Shown in pieces: positions 27,221 through 36,122 of a stretch of 64,000 nt of DNA. Position 1 is the first letter of the stretch. Every line of letters starts with the position of its first letter. The notes under the pieces were generated by a model. The model searched no databases, was not told where the DNA came from, and saw only the letters and a list, made by a program, of their open reading frames with translations. Origin of the DNA: an uncultured Elusimicrobia bacterium (GTDB taxonomy: Bacteria > Elusimicrobiota > Elusimicrobia > 2-01-FULL-59-12). The stretch spans positions 1,856,001 through 1,920,000 of the forward strand of contig OY969767.1 in NCBI GenBank assembly GCA_963702895.1, given 5' to 3'. A program made the position numbers and the translations under genes.

Positions 27221-30200
27221 GAGCGTGTAGTAGCCGCCGGAGCCGTTTAAGTGCAGGTAGCCGAAGGGTTTGCCGTTGGTCTGAAGCCGCTGGCCGGCGG
27301 AGGTGGCGGCCAGCGTAACGGTTGAAGACCTCGCCGTATAGGTGCTGGTCGTGTTGTACCAGCTCCCGCCCAGCCAGATGCCGAAATTGGAGGTGGAAGG
27401 CGTCCAGGGTGCCGGCGGTGAGCGTCATCGTGGAGGTCACGGTCATGGAATCGACCAGCGTATAGTAGCCGGTGCCGCTGAGCTGCAGGTTGGAGAAGGG
27501 ATAGCCCTTTGACTTCATGCTCAGGCCCACGCGCGCGCCGGCAAGCGTCACCGTGGAGGCGCGCGCGGTGAAGACGCCGCCCGTGTTGAGCCAGCTTGAG
27601 CTCACCGTGACGCTGTAGTTCGAGGCGGAGGGATCAAGGGTCCCCGCGGTGAGGGCGAGATTCCCTCCGGCCTGGAAGTTGTCCATGAGGGTGAGGCCGG
27701 CGCCGTTTACTTCCACATGGAAGAAGGACTTGCCGGCGGAGGTGGACTGCTGGACGGAAGCGCCCTTAAAGATCACGGTGCTCGTTCCCGCGTCAAAGTT
27801 TCCGGAACCCGTCAAATCGATCCCGCCGCCGTTTAAGGTGACCACGGAAGTCCCGAGCTGGACCACACCGGTCTGGCGCCAGAGGCCGTTCACGGTGACG
27901 GAGCTGCCTTGCGGCTGCAAGGCCCCCGCGATCACTAAATTGTTGTTGGTGGTGATCTGACCTTTGGGTTGATAAGAGGTGCCGCCCCAGACATAGAGCG
28001 ATTTGCCGCTGGCGGTCGTGAGCGCGGTACCAGCGACGGAGTAGATCGCGGTCATGTCGGCGTTGCCATTGTTCGCCGCGGCAAGCAAGGCGTTGGTGGC
28101 CGGGGTGCCGTCGGTAAGATCGGAGCGGACGATCAGGTGGTCCTGGTAGAGATCGATCTGGGCGTTGGATTCAGCGGAGGCCAGCACGGCCGTGACGGCT
28201 TTCTCGCTCGCTCCAGAAAGATAGAGCGCGATCGTGGTGCCGGCCGTCAAATTCAAGCCGCTGAAGGTGAACTGGCCGCTTGCATTAATGGTGGCCGTGT
28301 AGGCGGGCGCCGCGCCGTTAACGGAAAGCGCGACCGTGCGTCCCGATCCCAACGGCGTGGTGCCGGTGTCCGCGTAAGCGGTGCCGGTGATGCCGGGGAC
28401 CGAAATCATCGCGAACCCTACCGCCGGCCGGCCGCTAATGGCGGTGAAGTCGCCTCCCACATACGCCGTCCCGCCCGAAACCACCAGGGCCCTGACGGAG
28501 CCATTGGCACTGGGATTCCAGGCGGAGGCGATGCCATTGGCGTCCAAGGCGGCGATATAGTTGCGGCTCTGGCCGCCGATCGTGGTGAAGGTGCCTCCCG
28601 CATAGACCAAGCCGCCGGATACGAAAAGGGATCGTACGTCGCGAGATGTTGGCGTCGCGTCAGGGTTCCAGGTGGTGGCGTTTCCGCTCGAGTCCAAGGC
28701 TGCGATATTATTGCGCGTTTGACCGCCGATCGTGTCGAAGTCGCCTCCCGCATACACCACACCACCCGAAACCGCGAGGGCGTTGACGCTGTTGTTCACG
28801 TTGCCAGCGTTCCAGGACGTGGCGTTGCCGCTTGCGTCCAGAGCGGCAAGAAAGTTGCGCGCCTGGCCGCCGATCGTCGTGAAGTCACCTCCCGCATAGA
28901 CCACACCACCCGAAAGAGCGAGCGCCCGAACACTATCACTCGCATTGGGATTCCAACTCGTGGCGTTGCCGCTGGCGTCGAGTGCGGCGATAAAATTGCG
29001 GTCCTGGCCGCCGATCCAGGTGAATTGGCCTCCCGCATAGACCAGTCCTCCCGACACCGCCAAACCGGCGACGGTAGAATCTGCCATGGGATTCCAGGGA
29101 GTCGCGTTACCGCTTGAGTCTAACGCGGCGATATAGAAACGGGTCTGGCCGCCGATCGTGGTGAAGTAGCCTCCCGCATAGACCACCCCCCCCGAAACCG
29201 CGAGGGATTCAACAGAACTACTTGCGTTGGGATTCCAGGATGTGACGTTGCCGCTTGCGTCTAAGGCCGCAATACGATTGCGCGTCTGGCCGCCAATCAT
29301 GGTGAAGGAACCTCCCGCGTAGACCAGGCCCCCCGAAGCCGCGAGGGCATAAACATAATTATTTGCGATGGGGTTCCAGGACGTGACGTTGCCGGTGGCG
29401 GTGTCGAGCGCTGCAATGCTGCTGCGCGTCTGGCCGCCGATCGCAGTGAAGTTGCCTCCCGCATAGACTACACCGCCCGATACCGCGAGAGCGAAGACGT
29501 TGGCGCTCACGGCACCAGCGGTCCAGGAGGTGGCGTTGCCGCTCGCGTCGAGTGCGGCAATAGCGTCGCGCGTCTGGCCGCCGATCGTGCCGAACTCGCC
29601 TCCCGCATACACTACGCCACCCGAAAGCGCGAGGGCATTGACGTTGTTATCGGCGTTGGGGTTCCAGGACGTGGCGTTGCCGCTGGCATCCAGGGCGGCG
29701 ATCTTGTTACGCGTCTGGCCGCCGATCGTGGTGAAGGCTCCTCCCGCATACACCACGCCGCCCGAAACCGCGAGGGCGAAGACATTGCCGTTGACGTTGC
29801 CGGCGGTCCAGGAGGTGGCGGTGCCGGTGCCGCTTGCGTTCAGTGCCGCGATGCGGTTGCGGGACTGGCCGCCGATCGTCGTGAATCGTCCTCCCGCATA
29901 CACCAAGCCGCCCGAAACTGCGAGGGCCTCTATGGTCGCCGAAGTGCCGCTGGGACTAGGGTTCCAGGAAGTGGCGGCTCCGCTGCCGCTCGAGTCTAAG
30001 GCCGCGAGTAAACTTCGGCTCTGGCCGCCGATGGTGGTGAAGCTGCCTCCCGCATAAACCACACCACCCGAAACCGCGAGGGCTTGGACCGTGTTATTGG
30101 CGTTCGGGTTCCACGCCGGGTCCACCTGGCCGCTGGGCAGGATGTGCGCGATGCGGTTGCGCGCGACCCCGCCAACGTGCGTGAAAGTACCTCCGATATA

Positions 30201-33200
30201 CCAGCCTCCCGAGCCGTCCGGCACCGCTGCGTTGATCGTCCCTGCGACTTTAGGATAAGGCGACACCGGCAGCCCGGTGGTTTCGGAAATCGGCACCCCG
30301 TTCCCTGTATTCGGGCCCACCCGGGTGAAATTGCCTCCGATATAGGTCGTGGTGCCATCGCGCAGGATGGCGAAAACCGAACCGTCAGTCGCCCAAGCCT
30401 GGTCATTCGGGATGTCCGACATCGGGACAATCACCCAGTTTGTGTTGTTGCCGGAGTCCGCGCAGCCTTGGTTGTTCGTCGTGCAGTAAAGCGTCTGTCC
30501 GCCGGAGGCGTTGTTGTCCTGGACGTCCAAATAGCCGAGGCTCTGGACACCGGAGGTGGACAGAGCCAGATACGCCTGTGTGCTCGGGATGCTCGAGCGC
30601 AAGGACAGGCGTGTCGTGACCGATGACCCCTGCAGGGTGAGCGTCCCCAAGACCGTCTGCGTGGAGTTCGCCGGCAGCGTCAAGGTGTAGGGTGAGGTGG
30701 CGATCTTGACCAAGTCGAAGAACGTGGTCGAACCCGTCAAGCTCTGGTGAGTGCCGTTGAACGTCACGGAAGAGCCGCGGGCGGTGAAGGCGCCGCCGCT
30801 TGCCGCCCAATTGGAGCTGATCGTGATGCTGTAGCTGCTCGTGGTCATGTCGAGCGTCCCGGCTGAAAGGGTGAGGTTCTCTTTGATGGTGAGTCCGCCG
30901 GTCGCGCTAAAGGTACCTCCGCTCCCATTCACATGGAGATTGCGATACGTCCAGGTGGACAAGAGCGGCAGCGTCGAGGTGATGCCGTTGTAAGTGACGC
31001 TTGATCCAACAAGGTTGTTCGGAGGCGTCGAGACTCGCTCGCTGCCTTTCAAATAGAAATTACCGGCGTTGGTGAAGCTCGAGAGCGTGAGGTGATAGCC
31101 GTCGAGCGTGACCGTCGCTGTTCCGCTGTTGATGGTGAGGCTCGAGATCGTCACGTCCTGCGTGAGAATGGGCATCACGGTGGCGGTCGTCACGATGAGC
31201 GCGCTGTCGGAGGCCCCCGGACCGGAATAGCCGCAAGCCAGGCTCGGGTTCCAGTTCGAAGCGTTCGACCAGTTGTTGTTGGCGGTCCCCCGCCAGGTGT
31301 AGAGCGTTCCCGAACCCAAGCCACTATTAGCACTCCAAGTGACTTTATCGAGACCGGGATCTTCCCGTTCAGAACAGGAACCGCCGCGCGTGCCCGACCA
31401 GCCAGTGAAGTACCAGGCGAGATTCGTCTCGGTACTTGCCCAAACGTTGTAGTTGGCATAAGGCGCCGATGACCAGCTGTTCATGAAGGTCATGCCGTAG
31501 AAGGTGGCATTCGACGTCAGGCTGATGGCGGAAATATAGGTCGACGTGGAACTGCCGCCGCCCGTCCCGGCAAAATCGAACACGGAGCTCGACATCGTCA
31601 CGCCGCCCGTGCCGGAGAGCCAGAGACCCTTTTCATCCGCGCGCGTCACCGAGCTGTAGACGAGCCTAAAGGTCCCGGAAGAGACAAAGGTGTAGAAGGT
31701 GGAGGAGCTGTCCAGCCAATCGATGATCGTGGGGGCGGTGGACACGCCGACGGCGCTAAACCCGGCGCCGGGGGCGACCCGCAGGCGCGAACGTCCGGTG
31801 TTGCCGTTCCAGGTGGAGCTGGCCGACGCCGCCTTCCCGAACCGGAGCTGCTTTTGGAACTCGGTGTCTTGGGACGCCGCCATCAAAACAAAATCCGCGC
31901 TGTCGCCTGAGGCCGGGGTGGTGTAGGTGATCTTGAGCATGAATTGGGTGGGGCCGGAGCTGGGGAAGGGCTTCGAGACATCCGACGTGTTGTAAGCGCC
32001 CATGTTTCCGCTCGAGGACCCCACCACCTGCCACGCCGAGCCGTCCCAGGTCATGGTAATGAGCTGCGTGACGGCCGTCGTGTCGGAGGTCGAGTTCACG
32101 GTGAAGGTCGCCGCGGTGCCCACCTGCCGCATCACCTTGGGGGTGGTGGCGGTGGAGACGTAGAGCCGGGAAGCGTAATCGAGCGAGAGCGTCGATCCGG
32201 AAACGGCGTAATCCCCATAGATCCGGACGGTGCCGGTATCAAAATCCTGGTGGTAGGAAACCAGGTAATTGTCCACGCGGTTAAAGCCGGTCAGGTTGAT
32301 CCCCGGCGAAGGGTTCACCCGGGTGTTTTTCATGACGAGGCTGGCGGGGTTGCCGGCGTCGAAGAGGATCTCGGCCGTGCCATTGGCGTGGGGCGTGCCG
32401 GCGGCGTCATAGCCCAGGCGGCTCTCGACCAGGGTGGTGTTGACGGCGGCACTGAGATAGATCCCGCGGTCCTGATTGCCCGACACCTGGTTGCCGATCA
32501 AGACGTTGTTGTTGGCGCCGTTCAAATAGATCCCCATGCTGACATTGCCCGTCACTGTATTGCCGCTCACCGTGTTGTTGTTGGAACCGCCGGTGAAATA
32601 GAGCGCGTAACTACTATGGCCCGACACCGTATTGCCGCTCAGAGTGTTGTTCAGAGAACCGGTGAGATAGATCCCACTGCTGGCGCTCTTCAACACCCTG
32701 TTGCCGCTCAAGGTGTTGGCGGAGGCGTTGGATAAATGGATGGCTGTCGTGGCCATTTTATAGACCACGTTCTGGTCGAAGGTGTTGCCGCCCGCCGAGT
32801 TCAGATAGATCCCGTTATAGCCGTCACGCACGGTGGAGCTTGAAATCGATCCCTTCACCGCCGACCCGTCCCATTCGAGGCCGTATTTGCCCGCGAGGGT
32901 GGACCCGAGATAGGCGAACTCCCCGTAGGTGAGACTGAAGCTCGTGGCGTTTCTCGCCAGGTCCTGGACATAAGCCGTGTTGCCGGGCGAACAACCGGAC
33001 CCGGTGCAGGTGCCGGAAGAGCGCACGACGGCGTTCCGGGAGAGGTTGGCGACCGTCACCGGCGAGGTGGAAGAGTGGTTGAGCGTAAGCGCCGGCGTGA
33101 AGCTCACGTTTCCGCCGGAGATCGAGGTGATGGTCACGGCTTCGGTGTCGATGGTGATCAAGTCGCCGTTCGACCAGCCGGTGATCGGGGTGTTCACGCT

Positions 33201-33737
33201 CACGGAGGTTGCGCCGGCGCTGGCGTCGGCGGTCGCGGTGGTGTAGGGCGTTTTGGTTGTACCGTAGACGACGAAGTTGCCGCCGTTACTGATCGTCAGC
33301 CCGTATTGTCCTGCGGTTCCCCCATAGGCCAAGACCAAGGTCGCGGTCGAGCCTGCGGGAATCGGCGTGGCCGCGGTGCCCAAGGTGAGCGTCCCGCCCG
33401 CGGCCACCGTCATCGAGCCTTGGACCAAGGTAAAGGTGCTGGAGTTCACCGTGCTAAACGCCAGCGTCCCGCGGACCGTCGTGGTGGAGGCGGTCGCGGT
33501 CGTGATGTCCACCGTCACCGTGTCCCCCGCCACGATGGTGACGGAATCGGTGCTGGTGGGAACGGCGGCAGGTGACCAGGTGGCGGCCGAGGACCAATTA
33601 CCACCGCCCGTGCCGTTGGAGGTGCTGGCGCGCGCGGGCATGGCGCCGAAGGCGAGAAGAGCGAGGAGGAGGCCGAACCGGCGAAGCGGCGAATCGGCGA
33701 ATCGGCGAATCGGCGAATCGGCGGATCGGCGAAGCAT
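26694..33737 (-). CDS. Giant surface protein, N-terminal part: signal peptide, G8/beta-helix module and first propeller module; out of frame after 27398
   Basis: ATG 33737 gives MLRR...RRFGLLLALLAFGAMPARA|ST (basic n-region, hydrophobic h-region, AxA site); same repeats as the downstream ORF; last about 230 codons are non-homologous out-of-frame sequence. Confidence 0.85.
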   Translation of the reverse strand: MLRRSADSPIRRFADSPLRRFGLLLALLAFGAMPARASTSNGTGGGNWSSAATWSPAAVPTSTDSVTIVAGDTVTVDITTATASTTTVRGTLAFSTVNSSTFTLVQGSMTVAAGGTLTLGTAATPIPAGSTATLVLAYGGTAGQYGLTISNGGNFVVYGTTKTPYTTATADASAGATSVSVNTPITGWSNGDLITIDTEAVTITSISGGNVSFTPALTLNHSSTSPVTVANLSRNAVVRSSGTCTGSGCSPGNTAYVQDLARNATSFSLTYGEFAYLGSTLAGKYGLEWDGSAVKGSISSSTVRDGYNGIYLNSAGGNTFDQNVVYKMATTAIHLSNASANTLSGNRVLKSASSGIYLTGSLNNTLSGNTVSGHSSYALYFTGGSNNNTVSGNTVTGNVSMGIYLNGANNNVLIGNQVSGNQDRGIYLSAAVNTTLVESRLGYDAAGTPHANGTAEILFDAGNPASLVMKNTRVNPSPGINLTGFNRVDNYLVSYHQDFDTGTVRIYGDYAVSGSTLSLDYASRLYVSTATTPKVMRQVGTAATFTVNSTSDTTAVTQLITMTWDGSAWQVVGSSSGNMGAYNTSDVSKPFPSSGPTQFMLKITYTTPASGDSADFVLMAASQDTEFQKQLRFGKAASASSTWNGNTGRSRLRVAPGAGFSAVGVSTAPTIIDWLDSSSTFYTFVSSGTFRLVYSSVTRADEKGLWLSGTGGVTMSSSVFDFAGTGGGSSTSTYISAISLTSNATFYGMTFMNSWSSAPYANYNVWASTETNLAWYFTGWSGTRGGSCSEREDPGLDKVTWSANSGLGSGTLYTWRGTANNNWSNASNWNPSLACGYSGPGASDSALIVTTATVMPILTQDVTISSLTINSGTATVTLDGYHLTLSSFTNAGNFYLKGSERVSTPPNNLVGSSVTYNGITSTLPLLSTWTYRNLHVNGSGGTFSATGGLTIKENLTLSAGTLDMTTSSYSITISSNWAASGGAFTARGSSVTFNGTHQSLTGSTTFFDLVKIATSPYTLTLPANSTQTVLGTLTLQGSSVTTRLSLRSSIPSTQAYLALSTSGVQSLGYLDVQDNNASGGQTLYCTTNNQGCADSGNNTNWVIVPMSDIPNDQAWATDGSVFAILRDGTTTYIGGNFTRVGPNTGNGVPISETTGLPVSPYPKVAGTINAAVPDGSGGWYIGGTFTHVGGVARNRIAHILPSGQVDPAWNPNANNTVQALAVSGGVVYAGGSFTTIGGQSRSLLAALDSSGSGAATSWNPSPSGTSATIEALAVSGGLVYAGGRFTTIGGQSRNRIAALNASGTGTATSWTAGNVNGNVFALAVSGGVVYAGGAFTTIGGQTRNKIAALDASGNATSWNPNADNNVNALALSGGVVYAGGEFGTIGGQTRDAIAALDASGNATSWTAGAVSANVFALAVSGGVVYAGGNFTAIGGQTRSSIAALDTATGNVTSWNPIANNYVYALAASGGLVYAGGSFTMIGGQTRNRIAALDASGNVTSWNPNASSSVESLAVSGGVVYAGGYFTTIGGQTRFYIAALDSSGNATPWNPMADSTVAGLAVSGGLVYAGGQFTWIGGQDRNFIAALDASGNATSWNPNASDSVRALALSGGVVYAGGDFTTIGGQARNFLAALDASGNATSWNAGNVNNSVNALAVSGGVVYAGGDFDTIGGQTRNNIAALDSSGNATTWNPDATPTSRDVRSLFVSGGLVYAGGTFTTIGGQSRNYIAALDANGIASAWNPSANGSVRALVVSGGTAYVGGDFTAISGRPAVGFAMISVPGITGTAYADTGTTPLGSGRTVALSVNGAAPAYTATINASGQFTFSGLNLTAGTTIALYLSGASEKAVTAVLASAESNAQIDLYQDHLIVRSDLTDGTPATNALLAAANNGNADMTAIYSVAGTALTTASGKSLYVWGGTSYQPKGQITTNNNLVIAGALQPQGSSVTVNGLWRQTGVVQLGTSVVTLNGGGIDLTGSGNFDAGTSTVIFKGASVQQSTSAGKSFFHVEVNGAGLTLMDNFQAGGNLALTAGTLDPSASNYSVTVSSSWLNTGGVFTARASTVTLAGARVGLSMKSKGYPFSNLQLSGTGYYTLVDSMTVTSTMTLTAGTLDAFHLQFRHLAGRELVQHDQHLYGEVFNRYAGRHLRRPAASDQRQTLRLPALKRLRRLLHARGFHDGHLHHDAHGRNIEHKCERQLRHCGRGRLGGQRRGVRAEPERGDLERHQPVPDGFDHVLRFSQDRHLTLHLDAAGELHADGLGDAHPARVFGHDALVLALERAEHASLPCSVYLWCPEPRLFRRQRQQRLGRPDANLHHEQPRLRGFRQQRQLGDCPDVGRPEQPGLDDQR
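28400..30400 (-). repeat. Propeller module 1 (14 blades)
   Basis: 14 GGxF blade motifs counted. Confidence 0.85.
33680..33735. repeat. Octamer tandem repeat GGCGAATC x7 (4 perfect) inside the signal-peptide coding region
   Basis: ggcgaagc-(ggcgaatc)4-ggcggatc-ggcgaagc; further degenerate octamers at about 33764-33900. Confidence 0.9.
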
Positions 33738-34145
33738 TGTGTTCTGTGGACTGCTTTCGGTTTCGCCGGCTCGCTGGGTCGCCGGTTCGTCCCATCGCCG
33801 GCTCGCCGGCACGCCGGTTCCCCAGTTCAGCGCTGCGCCAGGTCCCCGATTCCCCGGTTCCCCGTTTCGGACAGTCTCCGGTACTCCGGTACTCCCCGCC
33901 ATTCCATCGTTGGCGGGGCCGCCAAGATTCAGTGGCGGACGGTACTCCGATACTGACACCGAGGGCATGCATACTTATTAAAGGGAAGCAGGCTCATTGC
34001 AAGTATAAGAGTTGTAAATTTAGTGAGCGTTTCTTTAGATCTATTTCTAGAGGTGTTTTATGTTAAGAACGCACTTGCTTGTGAGATTATGGTGAGGACA
34101 GATTGCGAACGCTACGCATAGGCCCAAAAAACCATAAAAATCGAG

Positions 34146-34269
34146 GCTTGGGCGCCCGCCAAAGAAGCGATGGCGGGCGCGGCAATCTCGGTGTTTCCGG
34201 AACGACAATGTTAACGACGAGATGGCTTCGGCTGCACGGATGGCCTCGCCATGACGGCAGGTGAGATCG
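34146..34269. repeat. REP/RPE-like palindromic element (GCAATCTC...GAGATGGCTTCG...CCTCGCCATGAC) with an embedded CGCCCGCCA-N9-TGGCGGGCG hairpin
   Basis: Homologous to 34951-34996 and 35729-36097. Confidence 0.75.
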
Positions 34270-34287
34270 CGAGCGTCCCCGAGTCGT

Positions 34288-34638
34288 TTAGCTGAGGCTA
34301 AAGGGAGAGACTTCGATCTTATCTTCCCACAAGAGGACCAGCATCCCGACGTAACGGTCATGGGACGATCGGGTCTTGAGCAGCTCCAGAACCGCCTTCC
34401 GGAAGAGCTCAAAGCGGCGAGTGGAGATACGCACGAGCACGACCCCGGGATGTCCGGAGGCCAGAGGTTTTTTGGAAAAGTCTGTGTCATGAGTGAAGAG
34501 AATCCGTCCCTCAAAAACGGCCATCTTCAGCAGGTCGCCGTTGGCAATGCCTTTCGGACAGACGACGATGTCATGCCCCAGTTCGCGCAACACGGGAACG
34601 AGGCCCTGGTGAATCTTCTCGTCGAGAAGAAAGCGCAC
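34288..34638 (-). CDS. DUF5615-family PIN-like toxin
   Basis: GTG start; (M)RFLLDEKI...LRELGHD...ILFTHDTDF. Confidence 0.85.
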   Translation of the reverse strand: MRFLLDEKIHQGLVPVLRELGHDIVVCPKGIANGDLLKMAVFEGRILFTHDTDFSKKPLASGHPGVVLVRISTRRFELFRKAVLELLKTRSSHDRYVGMLVLLWEDKIEVSPFSLS

Positions 34639-34642
34639 GGAC

Positions 34643-34879
34643 TTATTGCAGAAACGCCGGATGGAGTTCGCGCTCTTCCAAAACACGCGCGGCGTAATGG
34701 AGGGCCGCTTTAATGTGTTCGGCGCTCAGAGAAGGATAAGCCTGCAGGATTTCAGCCGTTGGAGCGCCCTCCTCCAGCATTTCCAACACGAGGTAAACCA
34801 TGATACGTGTCCCTTTGAAGCACGGTTTGCCGTGGCAAACAGCCGGATCGACGGAGATAAACTGCTCAATGACATTCAT
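34643..34879 (-). CDS. DUF433-family antitoxin
   Basis: ISVDPAVCHGKPCFKGTRIMV...YPSLSAEHIKAALHYAA; TGCTATAAT 10 nt upstream. Confidence 0.9.
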   Translation of the reverse strand: MNVIEQFISVDPAVCHGKPCFKGTRIMVYLVLEMLEEGAPTAEILQAYPSLSAEHIKAALHYAARVLEERELHPAFLQ

Positions 34880-35044
34880 CGCAGATATTATTATAGCACT
34901 GGGCGCGGTCCGCCGGCTCACTCCTTGGGGACGCGATGACAGCAGTGGGTTGTCATGGCGAGCCCGCCACGGTGTACTGGCGGGCGAAGCAATCTCGTTG
35001 TTAGAAAGCGCAGAGGGACGATGAAGCAGGAACAAATGGCGGAA

Positions 35045-35422
35045 TCAGACAGACTGAACGCGCAGGCCTTTGATGGCGCGGAAATCCTTCAAGTTGCGCG
35101 TCACCAGCACGGCATTTCGCAGCTTGGCCGTTGCCGCGATCAGGGCGTCAGCGATGTCGGTGCGGTAGCGCCGTCGGAACTCGGCCGCCATTCGGGCCAC
35201 TCTGGAGGTGACGGCCAAGGAGGGCATCAGAGCCAGCAAGCGGGAAATTTCCCGCGCCTCATGCGCGCTCAACTGCGGGACCGAAAGCAATTCGTATTCG
35301 GTCAGGACCGAAAGGCAAGCTTGGACTCGTCCGGTTTCGATCAGAAGGAGAAATTCCGTGGCGGCGCGGTCTCCGCCCCGCAGATGGTCAATAAAAATAT
35401 TGGTGTCGACCAGATAGGTCAC
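35045..35422 (-). CDS. vapC: VapC-family PIN toxin
   Basis: YLVDTNIFID...DALIAATA...LVTRNLKDF; GTGA overlap with the upstream gene. Confidence 0.9.
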   Translation of the reverse strand: MTYLVDTNIFIDHLRGGDRAATEFLLLIETGRVQACLSVLTEYELLSVPQLSAHEAREISRLLALMPSLAVTSRVARMAAEFRRRYRTDIADALIAATAKLRNAVLVTRNLKDFRAIKGLRVQSV

Positions 35423-35652
35423 GCGACGCGTCGGCGGGAAGACCGCTCCCATGAACGCCGTGTTTGCTTCTCGTATACGGTGCCGGGTGCAACGCGGTGT
35501 CCTAAGAGTCCGAGAGTGGATTGGACGACGCTGGTGGGGCGCAAAACCATGGGGCCGGAGAACGGCCCCGACGCCGCTTTCATCGCCTCCAAGCGCTCCT
35601 CAAATGCTTCCACTTCATTCAGCCACGATTTGCGTGTTGCTGATTTTCCCAT
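35419..35652 (-). CDS. Putative antitoxin (77 aa) cognate to vapC
   Basis: Small gene translationally coupled to vapC; TGGTATACT and GAGGTG upstream. Confidence 0.7.
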   Translation of the reverse strand: MGKSATRKSWLNEVEAFEERLEAMKAASGPFSGPMVLRPTSVVQSTLGLLGHRVAPGTVYEKQTRRSWERSSRRRVA

Positions 35653-35728
35653 GGATCACCTCTGTTCCGACGACAGTATACCATACCAAAGGCGGCGCGG
35701 CTCCCGTGAACGGAGCGACGCCACACGC

Positions 35729-36097
35729 TGTCATTGCGAGGTCGCCAGCTGTTTGGCGACCGAAGCAATCTCGTCGTTGAACGTCGAGATCGCTTCGTCC
35801 CCCATACAACCGGGGGACTGCCCCTCCCATTACTTTCAAAGGAAGGGGGCGCCAGAACAACGGGGCTCGCGATGACGGCTAACGGCTGTCATTGCGAGGT
35901 CGCCGGCTGTTTGGCGACCGAAGCAATCTCGTCGTTGTCACTGGTAACACCGAGATTGCTTCGGCTATACAGAAGGCCTCGCAATGACGGCTGAAGGCCT
36001 CGCCATGACAGCTGAGGGCCTCGCCATGACAGCTGAGGGCCTCGCCATGACGGCGAACAACTGTCAGAAGGCCTCGCCATGACGGCAGGGGAGATCG
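35729..36097. repeat. Cluster of REP/RPE-like palindromes (TGTCATTGCGAGG...GAAGCAATCTC) plus a 21-bp tandem (GARGGCCTCGCCATGACRGCT) x4-5
   Basis: Two near-identical arms at 35729 and 35887; tandem at 35972-36087. Confidence 0.85.
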
Positions 36098-36122
36098 AGT
36101 GGAAGGAGCGTTCCTATGATGT

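Noticed and set aside
12300..30400. Adenine-directed mutagenesis explaining NNC codons at the variable GGxF position
   Set aside because: NNC is expected from high-GC codon usage, non-NNC codons (W, Q, E, R) occur, and no RT or template is visible.
33738..33968. 77-aa N-terminal extension of the giant ORF from ATG 33968
   Set aside because: It is encoded by degenerate octamer repeats and would bury the signal peptide; ATG 33737 fits better, though this is unproven.
2642..33981. Numerous plus-strand and alternate-frame ORFs over the giant gene, and antisense ORFs over ilvD, polX and gsp genes (e.g. 49553-50503, 60921-61898)
   Set aside because: Shadow ORFs typical of high-GC coding DNA, with no recognisable motifs.
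34146..36097. Integron attC sites
   Set aside because: No RYYYAAC/GTTRRRY box pairs recognised and no integron integrase in the window.
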